Counted from the whole stretch's first letter, positions 1 to 10,612 are shown. The stretch: DNA of 63,359 nucleotides, filler included, from Chiloscyllium plagiosum (GCF_004010195.1; 4 parts of 2 records of this genome joined end to end with filler, not necessarily neighbours in it), one strand, 5' to 3'. Numbers and translations: made by a program. The notes: generated by a model from the letters alone, not told the origin.

Positions 1-302
1 TGTACTGTTTGTCCTGTTCGGGTCCGAACGCTGCCGGTTTAAAGGTGGTCCGGAGTCCGTGTGGGATGAGTTGGTTACGAGGCAGGCACTGAGGAAGCAG
101 GTGTGGCTGTGGTAGCGCGTTTGTTTCACGACATGNNNNNNNNNNNNNNNNNNNNNNNNNNNNNNNNNNNNNNNNNNNNNNNNNNNNNNNNNGCATAGAG
201 TAAGAGCTTCAGGGCAGAGGAAATGACCTGGGAGTTGCAGTGGGAGAGGGACTCCCTGAGATTCTTGTAGAGAGAGGAGGAAAACTTCTTGAAGGCAGGC
301 AT
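1..302 (-). mobile_element. Penelope-like element, 5' part of ORF (N-terminal region), split by N gap
   Basis: Minus strand reads MPAFKKFSSSLYKNLRESLSHCNSQVISSALKL (302-193), then HVVKQTRYHSHTCFLSACL and, after a frameshift, NQLIPHGLRTTFKP (136-1); resembles the FL..C....LIP.GL N-terminal motif of Penelope ORFs. Confidence 0.6.
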
Positions 303-604
303 CCTCTGCCAACATCCCTATCCTTCATGCTTTAATACCCCTGCTTACCGAGTTGTGAGATGGCACATCATTGCTGTGTGCCCCCTTCTTCCAGAAGTGA
401 TCCGAGCAGTGGCCAACACACCAGGTGGCATTGCTGAGTCTGCTGAGCTCCAGGGCCTGTGCCTGATTGGCAACTCTTGGAAGTAGATGTTCGTCCTTAA
501 TTGGCTGTAACTGACAAGCCAAGGGTCCTCACTGAAGCAAACCTGCCCCCTCCACTTTCAGGCCTATTGACATGACCTTTAGTTGCCACTAATCTGTTTG
601 TTCC

Positions 605-706
605 ATTACTCTGTTTCTCTCCCCACAGATGCTGCCAGGCCTCCTGAGTATTTGTAGTATTTTCTGGTTTTATTAAAGATTTCAAGTAGTATTTTGCTTT
701 TGTATT
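605..706 (+). repeat. Penelope-type 3' terminal fragment
   Basis: ctctccccacagatgctgccaggcctcctgagtatttgtagtattttctg resembles the termini at 12655-12745 and 26920-27007. Confidence 0.45.
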
Positions 707-2890
707 TAATATAATGTTGTGTGTGTTGTCACATTTGATTGTAATTTTGAAGTCTTTCTCCAGTTATAGAGACATGTTTTCAAGCATTCGGTCAATAGTT
801 CCACTTCTCATAAATTGCAACAACAAAGTATTGCTCAATTATCTCTTGCCAGAAATAACTAGCCTTACGCAGTTAGATGTGAAAATGCCTAATATTTGCT
901 TTGGACACTTGTACACTTTATATTCCAAGTCATGATTCATTCTCAATTTGGCCAATAAAGACTTGTAATATCTGGCATCAGTAATTATATTTTCACTCTG
1001 TCAAAATTTTTTAGCTTCTGCATACTACTTCTTAAAATTGTTTGATTTTTTTCCCTTTGTTGTTTATACAGTGCTTGTTATTTTTAAAGGTGACCCTGCC
1101 AAGGACAGGGGTAATACATCATATTTAAAAACGTCTTTTCTATTTTATGCAGAGAATGTTTAAAACAACAAATTACAAGTGTGTGAAAACACGAGGGTTG
1201 AATGTAACCTTCTGCCCTGAAATGAGGTCAGATCTTCTGGCTAGGGACTTTCTTATATCCCTACAGCTGGGTCTACCTGTCCATGGCTGCAGCAGCAATC
1301 CCATAATACATCAGTCCATGGACAGCGATGGCAAAACAGCAGAGAGGGCACATTCCTTTTTTGCCACATCAGTTGCTACATTCAGATAGTTTTTAAAGGT
1401 CTTAAAACTTTTAGTAAATTAGTAGTTTAGTTGGCTTAGGATTGGATACACAGTGGGGGATGGGTGAGCTTTGCTGTTAATTACTGATCAATGTTAGGAG
1501 ATTATTATACAAAGGAAATGATGACAAAATAGAATAATTATTTTAATGTAACACAAGTTTAAAAATTTAGAAACACTGAGTAAACTACAATCCAATTAAT
1601 CCTCAAAAACAATAATTTCTAATACTTGTACCAGAGAAAATTTCCATCTCTTCACACCTATTGTGCTTTAATTCCTGTCTTGAGAATCTAATGACTTCGT
1701 TCTTGAGTTTTCATACAACTGAGCTTAGACTTTCTCAGCTACACATTAACTCCTTCAGAATTTTAACCAAATATTTCAGATCTGGAACTTTAAAAAATGA
1801 CTTTTTATATTGACATAATCTACTTCCGAACTGTTCTAAACAGTCTCCCTTGTTTAGCTGTAACTGTTTCACACATCCAGTTTCAGCCAAGACTTTTGCA
1901 AAACTGCCAAACTGAAACCAAAAGATTGTTTTCTAAGTTATGGGTTTTTCCCATAGTTTCCCATTCAGTTCACTCATAAACTTCGGCAATGTAAACAAGT
2001 CCTCATTGCACATCAGGATGTCTCTCTAATGCTGTATTTTAAAATAAATTATCTTGGCTACAGAAATATTTACAAGTTAACCATCAAACTCCTTCAGACA
2101 TGCAGAACAAAATCCACAAGCCACTAGTTTAGATCCAAATTGTAAACTGTAAATAAATACAAATCATACAACTAGCATCACATCCTACTTAACTTTTCTC
2201 TTTTACAACATTCCTTAAAACCTACCATTTTAGCCAAACGTTTGGTCATTTCACCATATACGTTCTTATATGGCTTGATGCCACACATTATTTTACACCA
2301 CTCCTGTGAAGTTAAATGTCCCACATAAACATATATACAGATTCTGCCCCGACTTTATGTCAGTACTCTGTCTGCCTCCACAATCTCAAAGGAGATGCCC
2401 AATTAACAATCTACCTTTGTATTTCCATCCAATTAGGAATGATGGCAGCAAATAGTCACAGGAAGGTAATTCAAAGCGTCCCATGATCGACGGCCCCATT
2501 GGGACAATGGAGTGTTGCTCAGGCAGTGGAAGACCCATGGGTAATTTCAAAGTATGTAACAAGAAGGCCCAGAAATGTCAGGATCATCCATGTAGATGGG
2601 GAACACTCTTGCAAGTAAACGTTTGGCCTTGGATATCATGTTTTCAGTCTCTACTTTTACTAGTATATGCAGCTCAACCATTCATTGCTTTCTAACCTCC
2701 CACATAAAGCTGACTCTGAAGAGTTGTCAGGTTTTGTAATTGGGCATGAATTGAAGCCTTAAGTGTGTTGATTTCTGCCTGCCTTCAGTTAGTGGTGTAG
2801 TTTCCAATGACAAGCCTATCACTGAGAGACTGGACATCAGGCAGGATCCACAATGGTCCAGTCATACAAGCATAGAAACTGAATAGCACA

Positions 2891-3524
2891 TGTTAGAAAC
2901 AAGTTTAATAAAATTTAGACGAGACCACTAAAACTGGAAACAAGACAATTTATTCTACGATCTTGCAAGAAAGGGCATCAAATGCAGAAGCAATTGAGCA
3001 ATGAACATTCAAACTAGTACACAGTTATACTTTTGAGCTGCGTGAGGTCACCTCTCCCGACTCTTACATTACCCAATCTTTCTTATTGTATTCTACCACT
3101 ACTCAGCTGCATTCTGCTCTTATCGCCCCCTTTTCTCCAAGTTGGCAACCTTTCCCTCTGTAAGTGCTGACATAAGGCTAAACTTGTATCTAGATGTTCT
3201 TTTACTTTGCTTGTAACATCTTCCATTGTTCATAGGTATATTCCATTCTTGAACATACGTTTTAACAATATATCTTTTCATGCTTGGTTTATGCGTTTCA
3301 GCTGTCTCAACTATCTTGCTGAGACTATTATTTAAAAAGAATTATTTGCTTTAATAATTCTGCACTAAAGTTAGTATTTAATTATCCACAATTATTCATT
3401 AAAGATAAAGATACATTTCCTTAATGCTTGCCTAGCTGATATTTTTCCCTATATCCCTTTTCTGCACATACACACTCTTGCTTTTCTATATCTGCAAAAG
3501 CAACACACTTCCCCATTTCTTACA
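2891..3524 (-). repeat. ERV 3' LTR (634 bp)
   Basis: Begins tgttagaaac, ends cttaca on +; near-identical to 9506-10207; minus-strand AATAAA near 2950 and TATAA near 3027. Confidence 0.95.
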
Positions 3525-3545
3525 ACTCCCCCATTTCTTTTTTTT
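3525..3545 (-). promoter_or_regulatory. Polypurine tract
   Basis: Minus strand AAAAAAAAGAAATGGGGGAGT directly precedes the TG of the 3' LTR. Confidence 0.9.
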
Positions 3546-3629
3546 ACAATTTGTTGTTTTTGCAATTTTATTTTCTGCCCTCTTTTCACCCTGTGGTGCG
3601 AGGTTCACAATCTTGCCATTTCTGTCCTT

Positions 3630-4901
3630 CTAAGTCTGTCTTTTTTCAAACTCTAGGAGTAATCTGCTACTCTCTCTTTCTTGCGCTTGTGCTATTGTCA
3701 TGACCATTATTGATTGTTGTCCTCCCAAAGACATTACCAGCTTAGTCATTATCCACTTTAACACATTAAACCCTATCAATAGACCTACTATTATTAGTAA
3801 TATATAACTGCCTAAATTGACTAACCATTTTCCCCAACCAGTCAGTCCCCAGTCGCCCCATCCCCATCCCTCATCTTTTCGAAGTTCATCTCCAATTTTT
3901 ATCTTTTTCTTCCTTATCTTCCACTATGGAAGAGGTGTCTGGGATGAAAGTGCAGCATTCTTTACTAATCAGAGCACAGGTTCCCCCTTTTTCGGCCATG
4001 AGGTAGTCTAAAGCCATTTGATTCTGTAAAGCTGTTAGCCTTGTGGCAATCATTTCGGTGGTTATGGCTGATATTTGGGACTGAGTTTCTCCCATTGCGT
4101 CGGCGGTACCATTAATTAGCTTCTCAAGGGCAGCCGCCAGTTTCTGTATTTCTACCCCTGCCCTTGCAGCGCTGTAGTTTGGGAATAGTGTCCACAACAG
4201 ACGGTCTCCTTCAGAGACCTCTCGGGTCTTACGTCTTATTCCCCCCTCCTTTTTCAGGTTGTGCTCATGTTTTTCTTAATCGGAGGTGAGGAACTATATA
4301 AGTGAGGTAACAGCAGCCACTCCAGTCTTTCTGGCTTTGAGGCAGTGTTTCGTCAACATCATAACAGGCATGCATTCCTATATATTCAGTCGTGCGAATG
4401 TATTTTTCCTGGGAATAAATGGATAGGCCTTCAGGCCGCATACCCAATATGTTCCATTTAATATTCAGGGAATGGTCATGGCAGTGGCTTGGCTGGTGTA
4501 GACACAAGATGATTTTCCTAAATGGAAGGGTGTGGTATCATTCTGATTACAGAAACAGGTGGTATATACTGCTCCTTTCAGTGGGGAAACTCTAAGGCCA
4601 TCGATAGCACCCAGGGTTTTCGGGCTGGTCGAGGGAACCATCCCACAAAGTTATATTTACTTCTGTCAGATTTCCACTTTGTATCATTTGAGCCCGAGTC
4701 AAATTGTTATACATCGTACACTTCTCTTTTGGTGAGCGGTATTACCGAGGTGGGGATTCCAGATTCACCATGCACAGACCCAACAGTCGTCAAGTCCCTC
4801 TTGTTCAGCATAATTTTGATATAGTGTAGTGAAGTGATTTTTCCATCTCCTTGAACAATTAATACTACTAATGTTACAATACCAAACCAGTACCCGCCCA
4901 T
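3630..4901 (-). pseudogene. env: env (gamma-type), frameshifted and partly deleted
   Basis: Signal peptide MGGYWFGIVTLVVLIVQG; CWVC (CxxC) near 4775; furin site RRKTR near 4225; ISD and CX6CC in LQNQMALDYLMAEKGGTCALISKECC; W-rich membrane-proximal region, TM helix YILLIIVGLLIGF and tail ending at TAG 3630-3632. Confidence 0.92.
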
Positions 4902-5032
4902 CTCTGACCCCTGCCTACCGTCCTGTCTATCTGTCTTAATCTTTTAGGCGCCAGGGAGCGGTGAGTCCACACAGCCCTTACAATTAATAACAATAAATAT
5001 CATCAAACGTTAAAAGAGTCTTTTGTCTCAGT

Positions 5033-6900
5033 TCATTCCTTCTTTCTTAGCTTAAATTTCAGAGGGTTGTCTGTAGGATGAGCATGCCACTCCGCCAATG
5101 AAGCGTTCACAGGACCTTTAACGCGAGTGTGATGACTCCACCCTTTTTCAGCAGTTCGGATAGCTGTCTCAGTAGTCAGGAGGGTGCAGTTTGGTATCTT
5201 TCCAGGTCTTGATCAGGACCCAATCACCCGGTTGTCGAACTCAAGTGGAGGTGTCTGGGTCAACAGACCCTTCTTCCTAAGGACAGACAAAGAAGAGCCG
5301 AGCGCTACAATATAGTTCTTTAAAAACTTATCATTGAACTCTACAGTTGGTAATTCCCCTCTTCCACCCAAGAAAGGTAATCCAAACATTATCTCATAAG
5401 GAGAGAGGCCTATATCACATCTAGGCGCAGTCCTAAGGCGTAGCAACGCGATAGGTAAACATTTTGTCCATGGTAATCGAGTCTCTAGGACTAGCTTAGA
5501 CAATTGCTTCTTTAAGGTTTGATTCATTCGTTCCACCCATCCAGAGGAAGGCGGGTGTCAAGGAGTATGGAATTCCCAAGAGATTTCTAATCCCACCATT
5601 ACTTCTTGTAGGATCTTAGAAGTAAAATGGCTACCTTGGTCTGTATCTATACTTTCCATCACTCCATACCGAGGAATTATATGTTCTAAAAGAGTTTTAA
5701 CTACTCCCTTCGAGGTAGCTGAGGACATTGGAAATGCCTCCACCCACCCAGTTAGGTGATCCATTAGGACTAATAAGTACTTTTGTTTCCTTACTGGGGG
5801 TAATTCTGTGTAATCTACCTGTATTCTTTGAAAAGGTCCTACCCCAGGGTTTCTTCCACCTCTTGGCCCCCCTCTCGTTACTTTCTTATTAATCTTTTGG
5901 CAAGTCGGGAATCCTGCGCATACCTGCTTGGTTAAGGTGTATATCCCTTTACATCCGTACTTCCTTAACACTATGTCACACATAGCTTGCGCTCCCCAGT
6001 GACTCGCCTGATGTAGGACAGCCATAATCTCTTAACATCCAGCACCAATCAGCTCCTAAATCTTTTAGTCCTTTTTCCTCCTTTGCAGGGGAACCCTGAA
6101 GATCTGAAATTGTAGGTATTAGGGAGTATATCACTGCTCCTTGTGGATTCAGGGTCGCTTCTTTAACTACCTCATACTTCCGGTTCATTCCCCTTCTGAT
6201 GTAACTATCGCTATTTCTCTCGGGAGTGACAGGGATTCCAGCACTTGTTTTATCAATTTCTCATGAGCTAGTTCTTTTCCTCTGCTATTTATCAGTCCTC
6301 TTTCTTGCCAAATTTTTCCGAAGGTATGGACCACTCCAAAAGCATATTTGGAGTCTGTATATATCGTTCCTTTTTGTTTTCTAAGGTTCTGAGAGTTCTT
6401 TCTAGGACATAGAGTTCACAGGTTTGGGCTGACCAGCCGTTAGGCAGTCTATCAGCCTTGATAACGCTTCCCTCTGTCCCGTCTACTACAGCATATCCAT
6501 TGTGCCTTTTACCCTTAATTATCGGGGAGGACCCGTCGATAAACAACCGAGCTCCCGCATGCAACGGTACGTCTCTTAAGTCCATTCACACTTTAGTCTA
6601 ATATTCAGTAATATCAAGGCAGCCGTGTTCTGGATTGCCAAGGGCCGCCCCCTCTCCCCGCCACGGAAATGCAGCTGGATTCAAGCAACTGTCTCTGACG
6701 AACACAAGGTCATCCTGTTTTATTAAGATTGTCTCATATTTCAAGATCCTAGAGTCTGTGAGCCATCGTCCTGCTTTCTGATTTAGTATGGTCCGTACCT
6801 GATGTGGGGTGCTGACTATTAAGGCTCCCCCAAAAGTAAGTTTCCGACTCTCCTCTACCAACAAGACTGTTGCTGCCACTGCCTGCACCCACTCTGGCCA
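5033..6900 (-). pseudogene. pol: pol 3' half (tether, RNase H, integrase); RT polymerase domain absent
   Basis: Tether QAVAATVLLVEESRKLTFGG; RNase H LFIDGSS...SAQTCEL; integrase HHCC (HQASHWG...), QVDYTELP, IDTDQGSHF, ERMNQTLK; C-terminus KGWSHHTRVK...NPLKFKLRKKE*. Confidence 0.95.
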
Positions 6901-7350
6901 GTAATGTAGCTTTCCATTCTTTAATTAACAATGAATTAATGCAGTCATGTTTTAAATTAACCATAAATCAATATGACAGGTCACTGAGAATGTGTGAAGG
7001 AATCCTGCTAATTAATATTTGATTCAGGCTAACACAATTGATTTATTATAAACATTAATTATTAATTATATATATTATATAATTCAGGGTGGAAACGCAA
7101 CAAGTGACTAAAACATTTTAACAACTGTAATCGCGCAGTTCTGTTTGTTTATCAGTCACTTGTGACTTCTCATTCTGTTTCTGTAATTGTTTTGCTCGAG
7201 CACATTCATTTTTAAGAACCTCAACAGGTTTCACAGCACCATTTGCAGTTAATTCAATCCCCAATTTGGTGGCAATAACTCGTCATGAGCGCAAAACTGT
7301 TTCTTTGTGCCTCTCATCAGAAAACTGTTGCCATAATCCAATTAACTTTT
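6901..7350 (-). other. Non-viral insert replacing protease C-terminus and RT
   Basis: No YxDD or LPQG motifs; ~77-codon frame with one TGA ending at TAA 7118-7120, followed by AT-rich UTR-like sequence. Confidence 0.75.
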
Positions 7351-7509
7351 TCGTTCCCACTCCCTTGGGCTTAAAATTTAAGGATGACCTTGCTGCCCCC
7401 GTATCGACTAGGAAAACTACGTCCTCTTTATAAGGTCCCACCTTTAAATTTATCAAGAGTTCCTGGTGGGTTCCTGGTGGGTCCCTGAGGGCAGGAACTC
7501 CCGACACCC
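7351..7509 (-). pseudogene. pro: Retroviral aspartic protease, N-terminal half
   Basis: HQE(P/L)LINLKVGPYKEDVVFLVDTGAARSSL with DTG catalytic motif; follows gag TAG; 11-bp duplication at 7460-7481 shifts the frame. Confidence 0.92.
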
Positions 7510-7752
7510 CTATTTTTCATCAAGGTTCATAAATGGCACTGCCTTTACTTCCTTTTTCGGATCTGGACACTCTCTCTTAAAGTGACCTGTCTTTCCACAG
7601 TAATAACATCCCGCCTGTGGGGATTTCCACTCTGATCCTTGTTCCTGTCCATCAGACCCCTTAATATCTCCTCCCTGATCTATTTTCCTCCCTTTAATTT
7701 CAACACACTGCCCGCCACCATTCCGGTTTCCTTCTCCTTTTAGTTTTGTCAT
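7510..7752 (-). pseudogene. gag: gag C-terminus (nucleocapsid)
   Basis: Single CCHC knuckle CYYCGKTGHFKREC; ends at amber stop 7510-7512. Confidence 0.92.
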
Positions 7753-7754
7753 TT

Positions 7755-8430
7755 TATAAATTCATTTATTCAGTGTTTAATATTCAAAATGCAAAATGCA
7801 CACAGTTCCCAACTCTGAAGTCCACCACAATCACCCGGTTCCAGTCCCCCGATTCAAATCCAAAACTAATCCTCCCAAGTAGTCCTGACCAGTCATTGCT
7901 CAATTACAATGCTATAGGTCATGAAATAACCAGAGCTGCCTTAAAAAGGATTTGTCTATTCAAGTTAAAATTTCAACTGTCCTCCATAAATCGCTTTTAT
8001 GTAAGGATAAAAGGGATTGGTTAGAAACTGATAGTAAGGCAGTCATGACCTGTAAAAAGAGCAGGAGTTAACATTTTATTTCATAATCTGTAAAATCCTT
8101 AACCTTAAAAGAAATCATGTTAAAATTTCCATAATAGAAATCAGATTCAAAACAGTCCCGGATCTCAAGCTCCAGGGAACAAAGCGCAAACATTCAATCA
8201 CCAACAAACAAATTTGCACTCAAACCGAATCACGAAGGGTTAAACTTTCTGTTACCTGTACAGCTTTTTTTTCTCTCTCTCTCTCACACATACACACACA
8301 CAGACAACGTATCTCACAGACACTTTGAGCTTCCTGCAATGAATCCTATAGCTTTTGTATATTTTTCTGGATGTATGGCTATAAATTAGTTACAAAGTGT
8401 ACCCTCAGTAGCCCTTCAGCTACTAGCCCT
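7755..8430. other. Non-gag insert replacing capsid
   Basis: No major homology region; contains CT/CA microsatellite at 8270-8302 and a minus-strand AATAAA near 7767. Confidence 0.65.
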
Positions 8431-8598
8431 TCTGACACAAAGCATAATCTGATTCCTCCTGACTGTAAGGCTGTTTCCAATTGACATTTTATCATTTTTT
8501 TTATCATTTCCTCGCGTCCGAGGATTGTACTTTCAATCTCTTAACATTTTTCCTAAAGGACTGTCCGTTGGGATGTGGTCCTCGGACGTCCCTCTCAT
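8430..8598 (-). pseudogene. gag: gag N-terminus (matrix), internally deleted
   Basis: MRGTSEDHIPTDSPLGKMLRD*KYNPRTRG...VNWKQPYSQEESDYALC resembles the HERV-I-type matrix pattern IPPDSPLG.ML..W...SQEE..YALC. Confidence 0.8.
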
Positions 8599-8924
8599 GT
8601 CTCCTTTGATACTTAAACAACTAATACTCGGCCGTTTCGTTATGTAATTTAATTAACCTTACTGAGGTCCGGTGTCACCTTCTTCCACACCCACTTCGTG
8701 GTCCTGACCTTCGCGTGGGGGATTTCCCCTCTTAACAACCGGTCTAAGGCTGGGTGTTCAAATCAGGTACTCATCAGATTAATCTAGCCAATTAAATACT
8801 TTAATTTATGTGTTGCCAATTCCCCGTACTTCTTGTACGTACCCAACCACCAAGGCAATACTTAAAGGTCCATTTTCATATCTTGGTCTGTGCACAAGAG
8901 TTACCTGGTCGAATCGGCGCGCCC

Positions 8925-9160
8925 CGTCCCGCAGCAATACCTGGCAACCACTACCATTGCCTATCCTGGTCGCTTACCCTACTAAACCTCCCGCTGCGTG
9001 TCAGCGTGCCCTGTCCCGCAGCAATTCCCCGGATATATCCAACTGGCAGCAGTAACTATCGCTGCCTACCCTGGTCGACCAGATTTGCTAAACCGGTTCC
9101 CTGGATCCCTGGATATATCCGACTGGCAGCAAATACCGCTGCCTACCCCGGTCGCCTGGA
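8925..9160. repeat. Degenerate tandem repeats (about 3 units of 75-90 bp) in ERV leader
   Basis: Recurrent gtcccgcagcaat, ggatatatcc(a/g)actggcagca and gcctacccYggtcg blocks. Confidence 0.7.
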
Positions 9161-9204
9161 TAAATCTTTTAAGATCTTTCTTACCCGGGTCTTGTGCACA
9201 CAAG

Positions 9205-9323
9205 AGTAAAAGAACATCTAGATACAAGTTTAGCCTTATGTCAGCACTTACAGAGGGAAAGGTTGCCAACTTGGAGAAAAGGGGGCAAGAAGGGCGGAGC
9301 GCAGCTGGGCAGTGGTAGAATAC
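9205..9323 (+). repeat. Inverted 119-bp copy of LTR U3 in the leader
   Basis: Reverse complement of 9701-9819 (one mismatch by eye) and of 3088-3206. Confidence 0.93.
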
Positions 9324-9483
9324 CGACCGAACCCGCCGCATCTGCCCGTCTTGTTTCCAGGGTGTCTCAATCCGGATCACGCTCGCCCGAGCCGCTGCGG
9401 CAAGGAGGGAAACTAGAGACCGCCAAAATCAGCAAGGTGCACCTTCTCCGTTTTCCCAAAAATGCCGAGCGACCGGAGCTGTG

Positions 9484-9501
9484 ATCCTGGACAAGCCCCC
9501 A
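9484..9501 (-). promoter_or_regulatory. Primer-binding site, tRNA-Pro
   Basis: TGGGGGCTTGTCCAGGAT versus canonical TGGGGGCTCGTCCGGGAT (two CpG-type changes), 4 nt from the 5' LTR. Confidence 0.92.
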
Positions 9502-9505
9502 AATC

Positions 9506-10207
9506 TGTTAGAAACAAGTTTAATAAAATTTAGACGAGACCACCAAAACTGGAAACGACAATTTATTCTACGATCTTGCAAGAAAGGGCATCAAATGTAG
9601 AAGCAATTGAGCAATGAACATTCAAACTAGTACACAGTTATACTTTTGAGCTGCATGAGGTCACCTCTCCCGACTCTTACATTACCCAATCTTTCTTATT
9701 GTATTCTACCACTGCCCAGCTGCGCTCCGCCCTTCTTGCCCCCTTTTCTCCAAGTTGGCAACCTTTCCCTCTGTAAGTGCTGACATAAGGCTAAACTTGT
9801 ATCTTGATGTTCTTTTACTTTGCTTGTAACATCTTCCAATGTTCATAAGTACCTCAATCCGGATCACGCTCGCCCGAGCCGCTGCGGCAAGGAGGGAAAC
9901 TAGAGACCGTCAAAATCAGCAAGGTGCACCTTCTCCGTTTTCCCAAAAATGCCGAGCGACCGGAGCTGTGATCCTGGACAAGCCCCCAAATCAGCTATTT
10001 TGCTGAGACTATTATTTAAAAGAATTATTTGCGTTAATAATTCTGCACTAAAGTAAGTATTTAATTATCCACAATTATTCATTAAAGATAAAGATACATT
10101 TCCCTAATGCTTGCCTAGCTGATATTTTTCCCTATACCCCTTTTCTGCACATACACACTCTTGCTTTTCTATATCTGCAAAAACTACACATTTTCCCATT
10201 TCTTACA
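9506..10207 (-). repeat. ERV 5' LTR with an inserted PBS+leader copy (9853-9992)
   Basis: Colinear with the 3' LTR except that about 3240-3308 is replaced by a copy of 9366-9505. Confidence 0.93.
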
Positions 10208-10612
10208 CACAGAAAGGATGGTATTTGGCTCATCATGTGTGTGATGACTGATAAATACCTGTTCAGCCTAATCCCACTTCCAGCCTCAAGTCTGTAGCCT
10301 TGTTATTATGCACTTCAATTGAATGTTAAGCCCCTTTGAAACGTAATGTGTGTTTTTGTCTCTACAATCCTTTCAAATTGTGTATGCCAGAACCCACTGG
10401 GTGAATAAAAAATCTCCACAACTTTCCTCTAATTCTTTTACTAATTACCTTTAAACTTGTGCCTTTAGCTGTTGACCCCAATATTTATACAAAGCCTTTA
10501 ATTTGGTAAAATGTCCCAAGACCGTTCACAGGCATGTAAGAGGCAAAAAATGGCATGGAGGTGGAGGTATGACAGAAAGCTTAGTCAAAGAAATGGTTTG
10601 AAAGGGGTTGAT

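Larger units (their letters stand above)
2891..10207 (-). mobile_element. Defective class I (gamma-like, HERV-I/HERVIP-related) endogenous retrovirus with both LTRs
   Basis: Paired TG...CA LTRs; 4-bp TSD CACA (2887-2890, 10208-10211); PBS; PPT; gag-pro-pol-env remnants in correct order on the minus strand. Confidence 0.96.

Noticed and set aside
1180..2181. Possible additional solo LTR (similar case at about 19321-20212)
   Set aside because: LTR-like composition, but I could not fix both termini with a TSD.
8808..9484. Overlapping 80-130 aa ORFs in the ERV leader as accessory genes
   Set aside because: Mostly antisense, built from GC-rich repeats and the inverted U3 block; no recognisable domain.
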